Assembly: GCA_030699125.1 (NCBI GenBank)
Contig: JAUYKM010000016.1
Location: 12,845-76,844, forward strand
Reading direction: 5' to 3'
From: Candidatus Daviesbacteria bacterium
GTDB taxonomy: Bacteria; Patescibacteriota; Microgenomatia; Daviesbacterales; UBA10151
Length of the DNA stretch: 64,000 nucleotides
In this document: positions 10,386 to 20,593 of the stretch, one piece after another
Numbering within the stretch: position 1 is the first letter of the stretch
Layout of the letters: each line of letters opens with the position of its first letter
Translations under genes and position numbers: made by a program
The notes under the pieces: model-generated
What the model saw: only the letters and a program-made list of their open reading frames with translations
The model's database searches: none
Told to the model about the DNA's origin: nothing

Positions 10386-12280
10386 AATCTTTGAATATCT
10401 CTCCAGCCAATATCTTTTCTATAATGCAAATTATTTCCTTCAATATTTATTAAAGACATTGCATTATATACTTTTTTTTGAGTTTCCAAAACACCTTTGC
10501 CCTCTGCCATTAGATATAACACTCTTCCCCCATTCACTACATAATTTCCATTATTTTCTTTAATACCGGCTCCGAAAATTTTTATTTCAATTTTTTTTAA
10601 CTTTTCTATGCCAAAAATTTTCTTACCTTTAGTACCTGAGTAATCAACCGGGTAACCTCTAGAAGTTGCCGCCACAACAACTCTTACTTTCTCATCAATC
10701 TTTAATCTTAAATCATTAATCTTTCCGTTAAGTATGGCCATCCCCACTTCATAAAAATCATTTTGTATGGATGGAATAATTACTTCTGCTTCTGGATCTC
10801 CCCAGCGGGCATTAAATTCAATTACATAAACCTCGCTCCCAACCACCGTTCCACCTAAATAAAGAACTCCTTTATATGGTCTCTTTTCTTTTTTTAACCC
10901 GTTTATGGTTTTTCTAAAAATTTCTTTTACTTGTTTTTTTATATTTTGATTAACAACCAGGGGATTGGAAACACAACCCATCCCCCCGGTATTTGGACCG
11001 CGGTCTCCATCATTTGCTCTTTTATGATCTTGAGCATACCCCACCACTTTAAAATTTTTTCCATCGCAAAGTGCAAAGGCTGAAAACTCTTCGCCTTCTA
11101 ACCATTCCTCTATTAAATAAGTTCTCCCGCTTTTGCCAAATCTTTTCATCTCCTTTATAGCACTTATTGCTTCATTCAAACTGGTTACCGCTATTGCTCC
11201 TTTTCCCTCTGCAAGCCCTGATGCTTTGATGAACCATCTCTTTCCAGGATTTTTTTTAGCAAAATTTATACCATCTTTTTCATTATCAAATTTATAAAAT
11301 ACAGGAGAGGGAATTTGATACTTTTTCATAAATTTCCTAGCCCAGGCTTTATCCCACTCGATCTGTCCGGCATCTTTGGTGGACCCAACAGATGGAATAC
11401 CAATTTTAGTCAGCTTATTTACCAAACCTGCCTCCACTGCATTATCTTGGGCAACATCCACCAAATCAACTTTCTCCCTCTTACAAATTTCTAGGATTTC
11501 TTTAGTTGAGGTTGTTTTTAAATTGGGATAAATCATAACTTTTTTATTAGTATTAATTTGCATTAAGTCGTTTCCAGGTACTACTAAAATTCTGCCCACA
11601 TATTTACTCTGTCCATATTTATCCACCAGAACTGCCCCTCTTCCTCCGCCATCGATAACCATAATAGTTTTCCCATTTTCTTGACAAAGTCTTACTAAAA
11701 CATCATCATATAATTTATTTTCTTTTTTCTTCAGTCTCACGTAAAGTGATTCAACAGTATCTACTTTCTTGATTCTCTCAAAACATCTTCCCAGAACCTG
11801 ACCAAAATCAAATTCATGAGATAAAAAATTGACAGAGGAACCTGCATATGTTGCTTTAGAATCCAAAAAATTTTGTATAGCTTTTTGAGTAAATTTTCCT
11901 CTGTTCCACAGTCCGTCTGTGCCATCCGGATTTTTAACAACTCCATCCAAACTATCTGGTATTAACCCAGGATGAATATTTAAAATTTTATTTGGGAAAG
12001 TTCTTATCATTTTATCTGGAATAATTTGTTTCCAACCTGCCAGACAAATGTAATCAACACCTAAATTCTGAAGTAATTTTATTAGATTATCTCTCTTTTT
12101 TATGGTTTTGAATGATATATTGGCTTTTTTTGCTCTAATCAAGCCATATGCATTATCTGTATCTGATATTACAGAAATAATTTTGGCATTAATTTTGCCG
12201 AAGGAAATCCCATCTATAATTGCCTGTAGGTTGGTACCACTCCCTTTATTAGAAATTAAAACAACTAACTTTTTCATCAA
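10382..12280 (-). CDS. purD: Fused GAR transformylase (PurN, N-terminal ~195 aa) and GAR synthetase (PurD, C-terminal ~430 aa)
   Basis: N-terminal VLISNKGSGTNLQAII...NIHPGLIP (PurN motifs), then MVIDGGGRGAVLVDKY...ATP-grasp PurD. Single 632-aa ORF without an internal stop. Confidence 0.8.
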   Translation of the reverse strand: MMKKLVVLISNKGSGTNLQAIIDGISFGKINAKIISVISDTDNAYGLIRAKKANISFKTIKKRDNLIKLLQNLGVDYICLAGWKQIIPDKMIRTFPNKILNIHPGLIPDSLDGVVKNPDGTDGLWNRGKFTQKAIQNFLDSKATYAGSSVNFLSHEFDFGQVLGRCFERIKKVDTVESLYVRLKKKENKLYDDVLVRLCQENGKTIMVIDGGGRGAVLVDKYGQSKYVGRILVVPGNDLMQINTNKKVMIYPNLKTTSTKEILEICKREKVDLVDVAQDNAVEAGLVNKLTKIGIPSVGSTKDAGQIEWDKAWARKFMKKYQIPSPVFYKFDNEKDGINFAKKNPGKRWFIKASGLAEGKGAIAVTSLNEAISAIKEMKRFGKSGRTYLIEEWLEGEEFSAFALCDGKNFKVVGYAQDHKRANDGDRGPNTGGMGCVSNPLVVNQNIKKQVKEIFRKTINGLKKEKRPYKGVLYLGGTVVGSEVYVIEFNARWGDPEAEVIIPSIQNDFYEVGMAILNGKINDLRLKIDEKVRVVVAATSRGYPVDYSGTKGKKIFGIEKLKKIEIKIFGAGIKENNGNYVVNGGRVLYLMAEGKGVLETQKKVYNAMSLINIEGNNLHYRKDIGWRDIQRL

Positions 12281-13692
12281 ATTTTTGCATAAGAGGGATG
12301 GAAATTAATTTCCTTACTTCTTTCTCCAATATCGATTGGGTATTTACCTGTAAAACAGGACATGCAGAGTTTGCTCTCCGGAAGTCCAATGGCTTGAATC
12401 AATCCTTTATAGGAAAGATAATGCAGTGAATCAACCCCTATTTCTTTAGCAATAGCTCCATGACTTTTATAGGAAGCAATTAATTCTTTTTGATTTGGAG
12501 TATTAATGCCATAAAAATCCGGAAATCTCACCGGTGGAGAAGAAATCATTAAATGAACCGATTTTGCTCCTCCGTCTCTTACCATCTTAATAATCTGTCT
12601 GCAGGTAGTTCCCCTGACTATTGAGTCATCGACTACAATAATTCTTTTATTTTTCAAAATATGTTTCATCGGATTTAGCTTAAGTTGCACAATTCTATCT
12701 CTAGTATGTTCCTCGGGAGAAATAAAAGTCCTATGAACATAACGGTTTTTGATAATGCCTGGATAATAAGGTATTTGTGACTGGCGAGAAAAGCCAATGG
12801 CAGCAGGAATGGCAGAATCCGGTACAGGTATTACCAAATCTCCTTTTACTGTATGTTCTTTTGCTAATTGCTTACCTAAATTTTGTCTAATCTGATCGAC
12901 ACTTTTTCCTAAAATTATACTATCTGGTCTGGCAAAATAGACAAATTCAAATACATCTAATTTTTGATCTCCTTTTTCTACCTGTATGCTTCTTATACCC
13001 TTCTCATCTACCACCACCATTTCACCTGGTTTTACCTCTCTTAGGAATTTGGCTCCAATAATATCCAGAGCACATGATTCAGATGCAAAAATATACCCGC
13101 TATTTAGTTTTCCGATACACAAAGGTCTGATACCACATCTGTCCCTAGCTGCTACAATTTTTTTCTCATCCATTGCCAGGATACAAAAAGATCCGGTAAA
13201 GTAAGGCCACGATTTTCCTATAGCTTTTTCCAAACTATTATTTCCTTTGACAAAATATGAAATGATTTGAGTCATCATGTCAGAATCATTTAACCCTTTG
13301 GTAGAAATACTTTTTTTATCTAAAAAATTTTTAATTTTTTCAACTGAAGGCAGATTACCATTATGGGCAAGCGCGATAGATTTTTTGTTATTTATTTTTG
13401 CTATGATGGGTTGGGCGTGGGCATCAAAAAAATCTCCAGAGGTGGAATACCTATTTTGACCAATGGCAAGATGACCTGTCAATTTTTTTAGATCTTCTTC
13501 TGAATAGACATGGGCTACCAATCCAGGCCCTTTCTTAAATCTCAATTTTTTGCCATCTGATGCTGCAATACCTGAAGATTCTTGTCCTCTGTGTTGAAGA
13601 GCCCAGAGTCCGGGATGTACTAATCGGGCTGCCTTAAAATCCTTACCAAAGACTGCAAAAATACCGCATTTTTCTCTTAATTTACTTCTCAT
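12277..13692 (-). CDS. purF: Amidophosphoribosyltransferase
   Basis: 471 aa; N-terminal MxxKxREKCGIF (Ntn Cys), PRTase motif VVDDSIVRGTT. Confidence 0.9.
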   Translation of the reverse strand: MRSKLREKCGIFAVFGKDFKAARLVHPGLWALQHRGQESSGIAASDGKKLRFKKGPGLVAHVYSEEDLKKLTGHLAIGQNRYSTSGDFFDAHAQPIIAKINNKKSIALAHNGNLPSVEKIKNFLDKKSISTKGLNDSDMMTQIISYFVKGNNSLEKAIGKSWPYFTGSFCILAMDEKKIVAARDRCGIRPLCIGKLNSGYIFASESCALDIIGAKFLREVKPGEMVVVDEKGIRSIQVEKGDQKLDVFEFVYFARPDSIILGKSVDQIRQNLGKQLAKEHTVKGDLVIPVPDSAIPAAIGFSRQSQIPYYPGIIKNRYVHRTFISPEEHTRDRIVQLKLNPMKHILKNKRIIVVDDSIVRGTTCRQIIKMVRDGGAKSVHLMISSPPVRFPDFYGINTPNQKELIASYKSHGAIAKEIGVDSLHYLSYKGLIQAIGLPESKLCMSCFTGKYPIDIGERSKEINFHPSYAKI

Positions 13693-13708
13693 ATTACAAT
13701 ATAACCTG

Positions 13709-14107
13709 ATGGTATACGCAAGTCAATATCATAAATGGTATACTAAATTAATGGGTGGAAAGCAATTTCGAATTCTTTCGTTTAAGTATGCTTTTGAAGG
13801 GATCTGGTCCGCTTTAAAAAAAGAGCCAAATTTAAAATTTCATTTTATTGTCGGAGTGTTTGTTATTTTACTGGCATCTATCTTAAGAATTTCCCGGGAA
13901 GATTGGGCTATAACGTTACTTTTGATATCATTTGTTTTAGTTTTAGAATTGACTAATACAGCTATTGAAGCAGTAGTCGATGAGTTTACCAATAAGGAAC
14001 ATCCGGGGGCAAAACTGGCTAAAGATATTTCCGCCGGTGCAGTACTAATTGTGGCAATAACTTCTGTTATTATCGGCTTAATTATTTTCCTTCCTTATTT
14101 ATTTTAA
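13709..14107 (+). CDS. dgkA: Diacylglycerol/undecaprenol kinase (DgkA family)
   Basis: 132 aa, 3 TM; ...ELTNTAIEAVVD...AKD.SAGAVL motif of prokaryotic DAGK. Confidence 0.75.
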   Translation: MVYASQYHKWYTKLMGGKQFRILSFKYAFEGIWSALKKEPNLKFHFIVGVFVILLASILRISREDWAITLLLISFVLVLELTNTAIEAVVDEFTNKEHPGAKLAKDISAGAVLIVAITSVIIGLIIFLPYLF

Positions 14108-14108
14108 G

Positions 14109-14633
14109 ATGGGTAATGAATCATTATTTTTTATACTGTTTAGTTTAGGCGGAAAAAACATTTTTCTAGACTGGCTGATGATCTTTGGAGCAGAAGCGAT
14201 AATTTTTTTATCATATATTTTAATATTCATTCTGGCAATTTACGGTAGGGTAAAGGAGCGAAAAGCTTTAGTCTTAGCATTAATATCTTTCCCCATTCTG
14301 ATAATTATTATTAAGATTATTCATCTTTTTATATATAACCCGCGGCCGTTTATAGAATATGATATTGTTCCGCTGATTAACCATTATGCCGATGCTTCTT
14401 TTCCTTCAAGGCACACCACCATTATGTCATCATTTGCATTTTCATATATTTTAACTAAATCAAAGTGGGCCTCTCTATTCATTGTTATGACAATTTGGGT
14501 GGGACTAGGAAGAGTTTTTATAGGAATACATTATCCTGCTGATATTATTGGTGGAGTTCTGGTGGGATTTTTATCCGTGATTTTTGCTTTAAAAATTGCC
14601 AGGATTTTAAAATTCAAATTTTTCTTAAAATGA
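14109..14633 (+). CDS. PAP2-family membrane phosphatase (undecaprenyl-diphosphatase-like)
   Basis: 174 aa, TM-rich; PAP2 motifs NPRP, PSRH, GRVFIGIHYPADI. Confidence 0.7.
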   Translation: MGNESLFFILFSLGGKNIFLDWLMIFGAEAIIFLSYILIFILAIYGRVKERKALVLALISFPILIIIIKIIHLFIYNPRPFIEYDIVPLINHYADASFPSRHTTIMSSFAFSYILTKSKWASLFIVMTIWVGLGRVFIGIHYPADIIGGVLVGFLSVIFALKIARILKFKFFLK

Positions 14634-14636
14634 AAT

Positions 14637-15902
14637 TTAGGAATTGAGAATTTGAGAAAATTTATCAGACGATTTAAAGGGACCGATTATTTGCAGATTA
14701 TATTTATTTTTCTGAAATAATTCCTTGGCCACATTTTGTATTTCTTCTTTAGTCACTGCATCAATTTTTTCTAAATATTCCTCAAACGTTTCTATTTCCC
14801 TATCTAACACAAACTTTGTCCCAAAATATTGAGCTAAGAAATTTGTTGATTCTGAAGCTAGTGCAAGTCTCCCTCTAGCCATTTCTTTGCCTTTCTTAAG
14901 CTCATCATCAGTTACCAATTCTTTAGTAATTCTTTCAAGTTCAGCAATTATCACCTGCAGTCCCTCTTCTATTTTTTCCAATTTTAAACCAGCATAAACT
15001 GCAAAATATCCTGTATCAGCATAAGGGCCAAGATGAGATCCGACATGATATGCAAGTCCTCTTTTTTCCCTAATTTCCAAAAATAATCTGGAAGACATTC
15101 CTTCTCCTAAAATTGTTGCTAAAAGTCTTTCTGCATACCTCCTGTCATCATGTCTGTCAAAACTTTCCATACCTAATATTAAATTTACCTGATCTGTATC
15201 TTTATAAAAAACATTTAATTGGGGAGAGTTTTGTTTTGTTTTTTTATAAGGGGAATGTTTAAATTGTCCCCTTTTCGGTAAATTATTAAAATATTTTAAA
15301 GCTAAACTTTTAATATTTTTTGGGATTTTTCCCACATATACTAAGGTCATATTTTTTGGAGAATATAATGAATCCATATATTTAATAAAATCATCCTGAT
15401 TTAAACTTAAAATAATTTTTTCTTCACCGCCTATATCCCATCCCATAGGTTGATCACCAAACTGTAAGCCTTCATATAAATTCCAGACATATTGTGTAGG
15501 GTTATCCCTATACATTCTAAGCTCCTCAATTATCACTCCCTTTTCTTTTTCAATTTCTTCTTTTGAAAGAAGAGACTCCTTTATCATAGAGGAAAGAAGG
15601 TCTGTTGCAAGCTCTATATGAATTGAGGCAGATTTTATCCAATAAATTGTTACTTCTTTATCTGTGGATGCATTATTTACTGCTCCAATCCCATCAACAA
15701 TAGCGGCAATTTGTTCTGCAGTGGGATATTTCTCGGATCCCTTAAAAAACATGTGTTCCAAAAAGTGCGAAATGCCGTTTATTTTTTTGGTTTCATAACG
15801 GGATCCAGCCCCAACAGCCACAAGTGTGGTAACGGAATCAAGATGGGGTAAATCCACCGTGATTAAAGTCAACCCGTTTTTTAGTGTGGAGATCTTATGC
15901 AT
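14637..15902 (-). CDS. M16-family (pitrilysin-like) zinc peptidase
   Basis: 421 aa; inverted zincin motif HFLEHMFFKGS near N-terminus. Confidence 0.8.
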   Translation of the reverse strand: MHKISTLKNGLTLITVDLPHLDSVTTLVAVGAGSRYETKKINGISHFLEHMFFKGSEKYPTAEQIAAIVDGIGAVNNASTDKEVTIYWIKSASIHIELATDLLSSMIKESLLSKEEIEKEKGVIIEELRMYRDNPTQYVWNLYEGLQFGDQPMGWDIGGEEKIILSLNQDDFIKYMDSLYSPKNMTLVYVGKIPKNIKSLALKYFNNLPKRGQFKHSPYKKTKQNSPQLNVFYKDTDQVNLILGMESFDRHDDRRYAERLLATILGEGMSSRLFLEIREKRGLAYHVGSHLGPYADTGYFAVYAGLKLEKIEEGLQVIIAELERITKELVTDDELKKGKEMARGRLALASESTNFLAQYFGTKFVLDREIETFEEYLEKIDAVTKEEIQNVAKELFQKNKYNLQIIGPFKSSDKFSQILNS

Positions 15903-16557
15903 TCTGAATGTAGTCTAACATTCGATTAACTGTTTCTTCAACATTCAATTCGGTATTATCAATAACAATAGCATCTTCAGGTTTCCTCATGGGAGAAGCC
16001 TCTCTTTCTTGATCATGTCTATCCCTTTCCATCATATCCCTTAAAACATCTTCAAAATTTATGGCAGAATCTTTTTCTTTTAGCTGTTTAAATCTTCTAC
16101 TGGCTCTTTCTTCAACCGATGCAGTCAGCCAAAATTTGAAGCGGGCATCAGGAAAAATTTCCGAGCCAATATCTCTTCCTCCCATCACTACTTTAACCTT
16201 CTTGGCTATTTCTTTCTGGATTCCTCTGGTAACTTTTCTTACTTCCGGTTGGGCAGCAACTTCATGAACCAGCTGAGAGATTTGAGGTGTATGAAGTTTA
16301 TCTGTTACATCTTCTTCATCAAGAAACACTTTCCAGTTATCATTCATTTCAAACCTGATATTAAGATCCTTGTTTATTAGTAAAATTTTATTCAAATCGG
16401 TTGATAAGATACCTGATCTTGTCATTTTTAAACAGATGGCCCGATAGATCATACCCGTATCGATATATTTATAGCCCAATTTTTTGGCCAACAAAAATCC
16501 GACACTGTTTTTGCCGGATGAGGTGGGACCATCAATTGTTATAATATTATCTTCCAC
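15895..16557 (-). CDS. cmk: Cytidylate kinase
   Basis: 220 aa; ITIDGPTSSGKNSV P-loop, YIDTGMIYRA. Confidence 0.85.
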   Translation of the reverse strand: MEDNIITIDGPTSSGKNSVGFLLAKKLGYKYIDTGMIYRAICLKMTRSGILSTDLNKILLINKDLNIRFEMNDNWKVFLDEEDVTDKLHTPQISQLVHEVAAQPEVRKVTRGIQKEIAKKVKVVMGGRDIGSEIFPDARFKFWLTASVEERASRRFKQLKEKDSAINFEDVLRDMMERDRHDQEREASPMRKPEDAIVIDNTELNVEETVNRMLDYIQNA

Positions 16558-16585
16558 AAATATCTAGTTTATCATAATTATGAAC

Positions 16586-18394
16586 TTAGTTGTGATTCAT
16601 CATAATAGAAAGAAGTACAGGTTTCTTTCTAATGTAGGTAATAGTTAGGGGAAGATTCAAATCCCTTATTTCTGGATTTTCATCAAAGCGTACCTGAGGT
16701 CGTTTCCTCCCTTTGGCTTCTCTATTATAACTTTTTATAAATGATCTAACCTCTGAAATTTCATCTTTTTCTAATTTATAATCAGTAAATTGCATTCTTC
16801 CAAATAAAGCAGCTGCGTTCAAAAGAAGATAAAAAACACTTGTATCAAATTCTTCTCCCGCATTATTAATCACTAAATCATTATGACCATTAATTGTTCC
16901 GATTAAGGCTATTTTTTCAACATTAGAGTCCCCACCAATAGTTTTAGAATCAAAAATGCAGCTAACACTATCTCCTTCTTGTTGTATAGCTACCAATCCA
17001 AGACTACCTAATTTAGATAACGTATTACTTGATGGTAGTAGGTCTGGAATAACCACAATTGCTCTGGATCCTTTAGTATTTGTTGCGTATCCGGCAAGTA
17101 CATCCAAGGCTACATCTTGATTAATTCCAGATTCTGCTAACTTTTTATTTAAAACCTTAAGGAGCATTTCTAAATCTTCTCCAACCACTCCAATCTCGCC
17201 CCAAGTTTTGGATTGCAATGTTGTATCTGCAGTAATTCTCGACTCTTCTGGCTGTTTTCCCAAACCCTCTGTTTTTTGCTCTATTTGCTCAACCTTTGAG
17301 GTATATATTATTTTTACTCCCTGTTTTTTTTGTTCTGCAAGGAACTCATCTTTTATTTTGCCGAGGGGGATCAATCTTGCTCTAGCTTCAGCGTTTGAAT
17401 TCATATATAAAACACCTGGCTTAACATCTTTTAATACAGCTTGCTCATCGACAAAAGACTGAGGGGATGCTGATTGGCTAATTAGTTCTTGTAATTTTCC
17501 AGTAATAACTTCCGTAGCTGGATTTTGAGGATATTTAGCCAGAAAAAAACCTGCAGCAACTAACATTCTTCTGATAAATCTATCTTGCTGATTATGACTA
17601 TATCCACTAAATGGAATGGTTTCTAAAAACTCTGCATATCCATCAGCAGCATCAGGATAAGCATCGGGATTGAAGTAAAAGTAGCGGAATAAATTTTCCT
17701 TCTCAGTAACAACCGTTTTCCAAAAATCCATTTGTAATCTAGGATGGTCTAAAAAATATTTAACAAAGTCTTTTGAGGTGTGGGGGTAATTAGCCTTTGT
17801 TTCATTATCCAAATGAGCAGCAAATCCCCAACCAAACGACCAAATATTCATTTCTCTGGTACGACTAATTGCTGCACCAAACTTTCCTTCTAAAAGAAGT
17901 CTTGAAAAGCGGGGATCCTTCCAGATATTATCATCAGTAGCCCAAGTTAGCTTATCATGCCAAGCTCTTGATTGTGGACTGACTACCTCCGCCCAATATG
18001 AAGAATATTCTCTTTCCTGCCTGAGTAAGTTCTGCAGGGAGTAATCCATTTTTATTATAATTTCTGCCTCTTCATCTGTCTGCGGAGTTTTTGTCAAAAC
18101 ATTACCCAGCCATCCTTTAAACTCCTCAGTAGTATTTTTGGCTCCAAGATATGCTGTGTCATCCTCTGCAAGAGCATATGACTCAGTTCTTGCTACCTCA
18201 GCGTATAGTCTTTTCTTACCCCTCGCCAAACGATTCGCTCCCAGGTTGAATACATATCTTTTCTCTATAGGAAGGTTAGTTTGATAAATTAGCGTTTCCG
18301 CCAAAACCAAGGCGCGGAAAGATCTGCTTAGCGCTTCATCTGCAAAAGGACGCTCTGATAAAATTTCTTGTAGCATTTGCCAACCTAAAACCAA
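16586..18394 (-). CDS. Large hypothetical protein (602 aa), no recognisable family
   Basis: Long intact ORF with no TM segment or catalytic motif I can name. W/Y-rich N-terminal half (WGFAAHLD, NPDAYPDAADGY). Confidence 0.5.
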   Translation of the reverse strand: MVLGWQMLQEILSERPFADEALSRSFRALVLAETLIYQTNLPIEKRYVFNLGANRLARGKKRLYAEVARTESYALAEDDTAYLGAKNTTEEFKGWLGNVLTKTPQTDEEAEIIIKMDYSLQNLLRQEREYSSYWAEVVSPQSRAWHDKLTWATDDNIWKDPRFSRLLLEGKFGAAISRTREMNIWSFGWGFAAHLDNETKANYPHTSKDFVKYFLDHPRLQMDFWKTVVTEKENLFRYFYFNPDAYPDAADGYAEFLETIPFSGYSHNQQDRFIRRMLVAAGFFLAKYPQNPATEVITGKLQELISQSASPQSFVDEQAVLKDVKPGVLYMNSNAEARARLIPLGKIKDEFLAEQKKQGVKIIYTSKVEQIEQKTEGLGKQPEESRITADTTLQSKTWGEIGVVGEDLEMLLKVLNKKLAESGINQDVALDVLAGYATNTKGSRAIVVIPDLLPSSNTLSKLGSLGLVAIQQEGDSVSCIFDSKTIGGDSNVEKIALIGTINGHNDLVINNAGEEFDTSVFYLLLNAAALFGRMQFTDYKLEKDEISEVRSFIKSYNREAKGRKRPQVRFDENPEIRDLNLPLTITYIRKKPVLLSIMMNHN

Positions 18395-18660
18395 ATCCTG
18401 ACTTCTTGTTGGAAGTAATGTCTATGAACTAAAGCCCAAGAGTGCTTCTTTTCTATCTGATTCAACTTGTCCGTACAAAATCTTGGATAGAACTGTTTCT
18501 ATGGGTAGTTTTATTGAATCATTTACCGCAGGCGCTAATACAAAACTATTAGAGCGTCTTCTGACAACATCTAATTTGTTTTGTACTCTCTCTGAATTTC
18601 TGTTCATTTAGTAGCAGATTTTAACAAATTGAGGCTCAAAAAACAAATTCAACTTATCAC

Positions 18661-19833
18661 TTACTTTTGTGATTTTGGGATATAGTACTTTTTACCCTTA
18701 AGTTTTTCCGGTAGTAGATCTTCTTTTGTATATTTTTCATATCCTTTTCCATAATCCAACTCTTTCATTAACTTAGTTGGAGCATTTCTTAAATTTAGCG
18801 GAATAGGTAAGTTGCCATACTTTTTAACATCCTCTAAGGCTTTAAAGTACGCATCATACGAGGAGCGGTCTTTTTTCGCATTACAAAGATATATTACACC
18901 ATGAGCCAAATTTATCTGACACTCTGGATAACCTATTGTTTCACAAGCTCTAAATACTTCATTGGCCACGACCAAAGCTGTTGGTTGAGCTTGTCCGATA
19001 TCTTCTGAGGCAAATATCACCATCCTTCTGGCGATAAATAAAGCATCCTCCCCGGCAGATACCATCCGGGCTAAATAATATAAGGCACTATCCACATTTG
19101 AGGCTCTCATGGATTTTATAAAAGCGGAAATTGTATTGTAGTGTTCTTCACCTGCTTTATCATACATTAAAGCTTTTTTTTGAAATGCTTCTTCAACTTC
19201 CTCAACACTAATATTTTCATTTAGACCAGCAGCAATCTCTAAAGTATTCAACAGCACTCTGGCGTCCCCTCCTGAAAGTTCCATTAATAAATCTTTACTT
19301 TTCTTATCTATCTTTACCCCTAATTCTTTTAAACCCCTTTTTATAATTTCCGATAAATCATCTGCGGACAAAGGTTCTAAAACCAAAACCCGAGATCTGG
19401 AAAGCAAAGGCGCAATAATTTCAAATGAGGGATTTTCAGTGGTAGCACCAATCAGGATAATTTGACCTGTTTCAACAAGCGGCAAAAACGCATCCTGTTG
19501 GGCTTTATTAAACCTGTGGATCTCATCTATAAAAACAATTGGTGGTGGCAATAAGTTGTTTTGACGCGAAGTTTTAACATTATCGATGATCTTTTTAATA
19601 TCGGCAATCCCGGTATTTACTGCCGAAAACTCCAGAAATTCTGATTTAGTTTCGAAAGCAATAATCCTGGCAATGGTTGTTTTGCCAACTCCCGGAGGCC
19701 CCCATAAAATCATTGAGAAAATTTTATTATTTTTTAAAGACTGAAAGAGTAATTTATCGCTAGATAATAAATGTCTTTGTCCAACAAAATCTTTTAGAGT
19801 CTTTGGTCTTAACCTATCTGCAAGCGGAATCAT
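18661..19833 (-). CDS. rarA: Replication-associated recombination protein A (AAA+ ATPase)
   Basis: 390 aa; LWGPPGVGKTT Walker A, FIDEIHRFN Walker B, MgsA C-terminal region. Confidence 0.88.
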   Translation of the reverse strand: MIPLADRLRPKTLKDFVGQRHLLSSDKLLFQSLKNNKIFSMILWGPPGVGKTTIARIIAFETKSEFLEFSAVNTGIADIKKIIDNVKTSRQNNLLPPPIVFIDEIHRFNKAQQDAFLPLVETGQIILIGATTENPSFEIIAPLLSRSRVLVLEPLSADDLSEIIKRGLKELGVKIDKKSKDLLMELSGGDARVLLNTLEIAAGLNENISVEEVEEAFQKKALMYDKAGEEHYNTISAFIKSMRASNVDSALYYLARMVSAGEDALFIARRMVIFASEDIGQAQPTALVVANEVFRACETIGYPECQINLAHGVIYLCNAKKDRSSYDAYFKALEDVKKYGNLPIPLNLRNAPTKLMKELDYGKGYEKYTKEDLLPEKLKGKKYYIPKSQK

Positions 19834-19876
19834 ATTAAGTTAATATATCCAAACTTTTTCCGAAGATCAAGATCGT

Positions 19877-20500
19877 TTAACTTTTTCTTACTCGTCTAAG
19901 TACAAACATATCACTACTAGTATGATCATACCCACTCCGGGTAGATAGAGCACCCGAATAATTTTCTGCCACTAAATTTCGCGTGGGGCTATCATAAGCT
20001 CCAAAGGGATAACTAAAAAAGATAACATCCTTCCCGGTAATATCCTGAAGTCTAGTTTTTGATTCCACTATCTCCGCAGCCCAGGCACCAGGGTTACGTA
20101 GCCGCAGATTAACTAAATTAGCATGGTTAACTGTATGGGAAATCACCTCCATTCCAGCCTCACTAAATTCCCTCACGTTACTGTCACTTACATACCTGTG
20201 GGAAGTTCCATCTCCAGTCCAACCCGGCATTACGCAAAAAGCTGCCGGAATACTCCAATCCAACAAAAAGGGGAAAGCATTATTCCTTTGAGATAAGTAA
20301 CCATCATCAAATGTTAAAACAAAAGGCTGTTTTCCATCCGGCCAGCATATTTCTCCAGTCTGCAAGAATTTTGACAAACCTGATAGTGCAATTGGATGCC
20401 CCCCTTTATCCATTAAATCAATGACGTAATCAGGAAAGCTTATAGATACTTCATGCCAAAAGTAAACCGGACAATCTATACTCTCTTGAGAGAATAGCAA
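19877..20500 (-). CDS. Polysaccharide deacetylase (NodB-homology domain)
   Basis: 207 aa; TFDDG motif, HTVNH. The ORF-track start is a TTG, so the true start is uncertain. Confidence 0.7.
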   Translation of the reverse strand: MLFSQESIDCPVYFWHEVSISFPDYVIDLMDKGGHPIALSGLSKFLQTGEICWPDGKQPFVLTFDDGYLSQRNNAFPFLLDWSIPAAFCVMPGWTGDGTSHRYVSDSNVREFSEAGMEVISHTVNHANLVNLRLRNPGAWAAEIVESKTRLQDITGKDVIFFSYPFGAYDSPTRNLVAENYSGALSTRSGYDHTSSDMFVLRRVRKS

Positions 20501-20593
20501 TTTAAATCCATCCTCAAGAAACCGTCGTCTCCCCCCCCTGTTGATCTAAAAAGGATTCTAATCTTTCTGCCCTATGAAAAACTTCTATAAGAT

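Noticed and set aside
18422-18607. 61-aa ORF in the rarA / 602-aa-gene intergenic gap
   Set aside because: No motif or ribosome-binding evidence. Kept only as a note inside the 602-aa finding.
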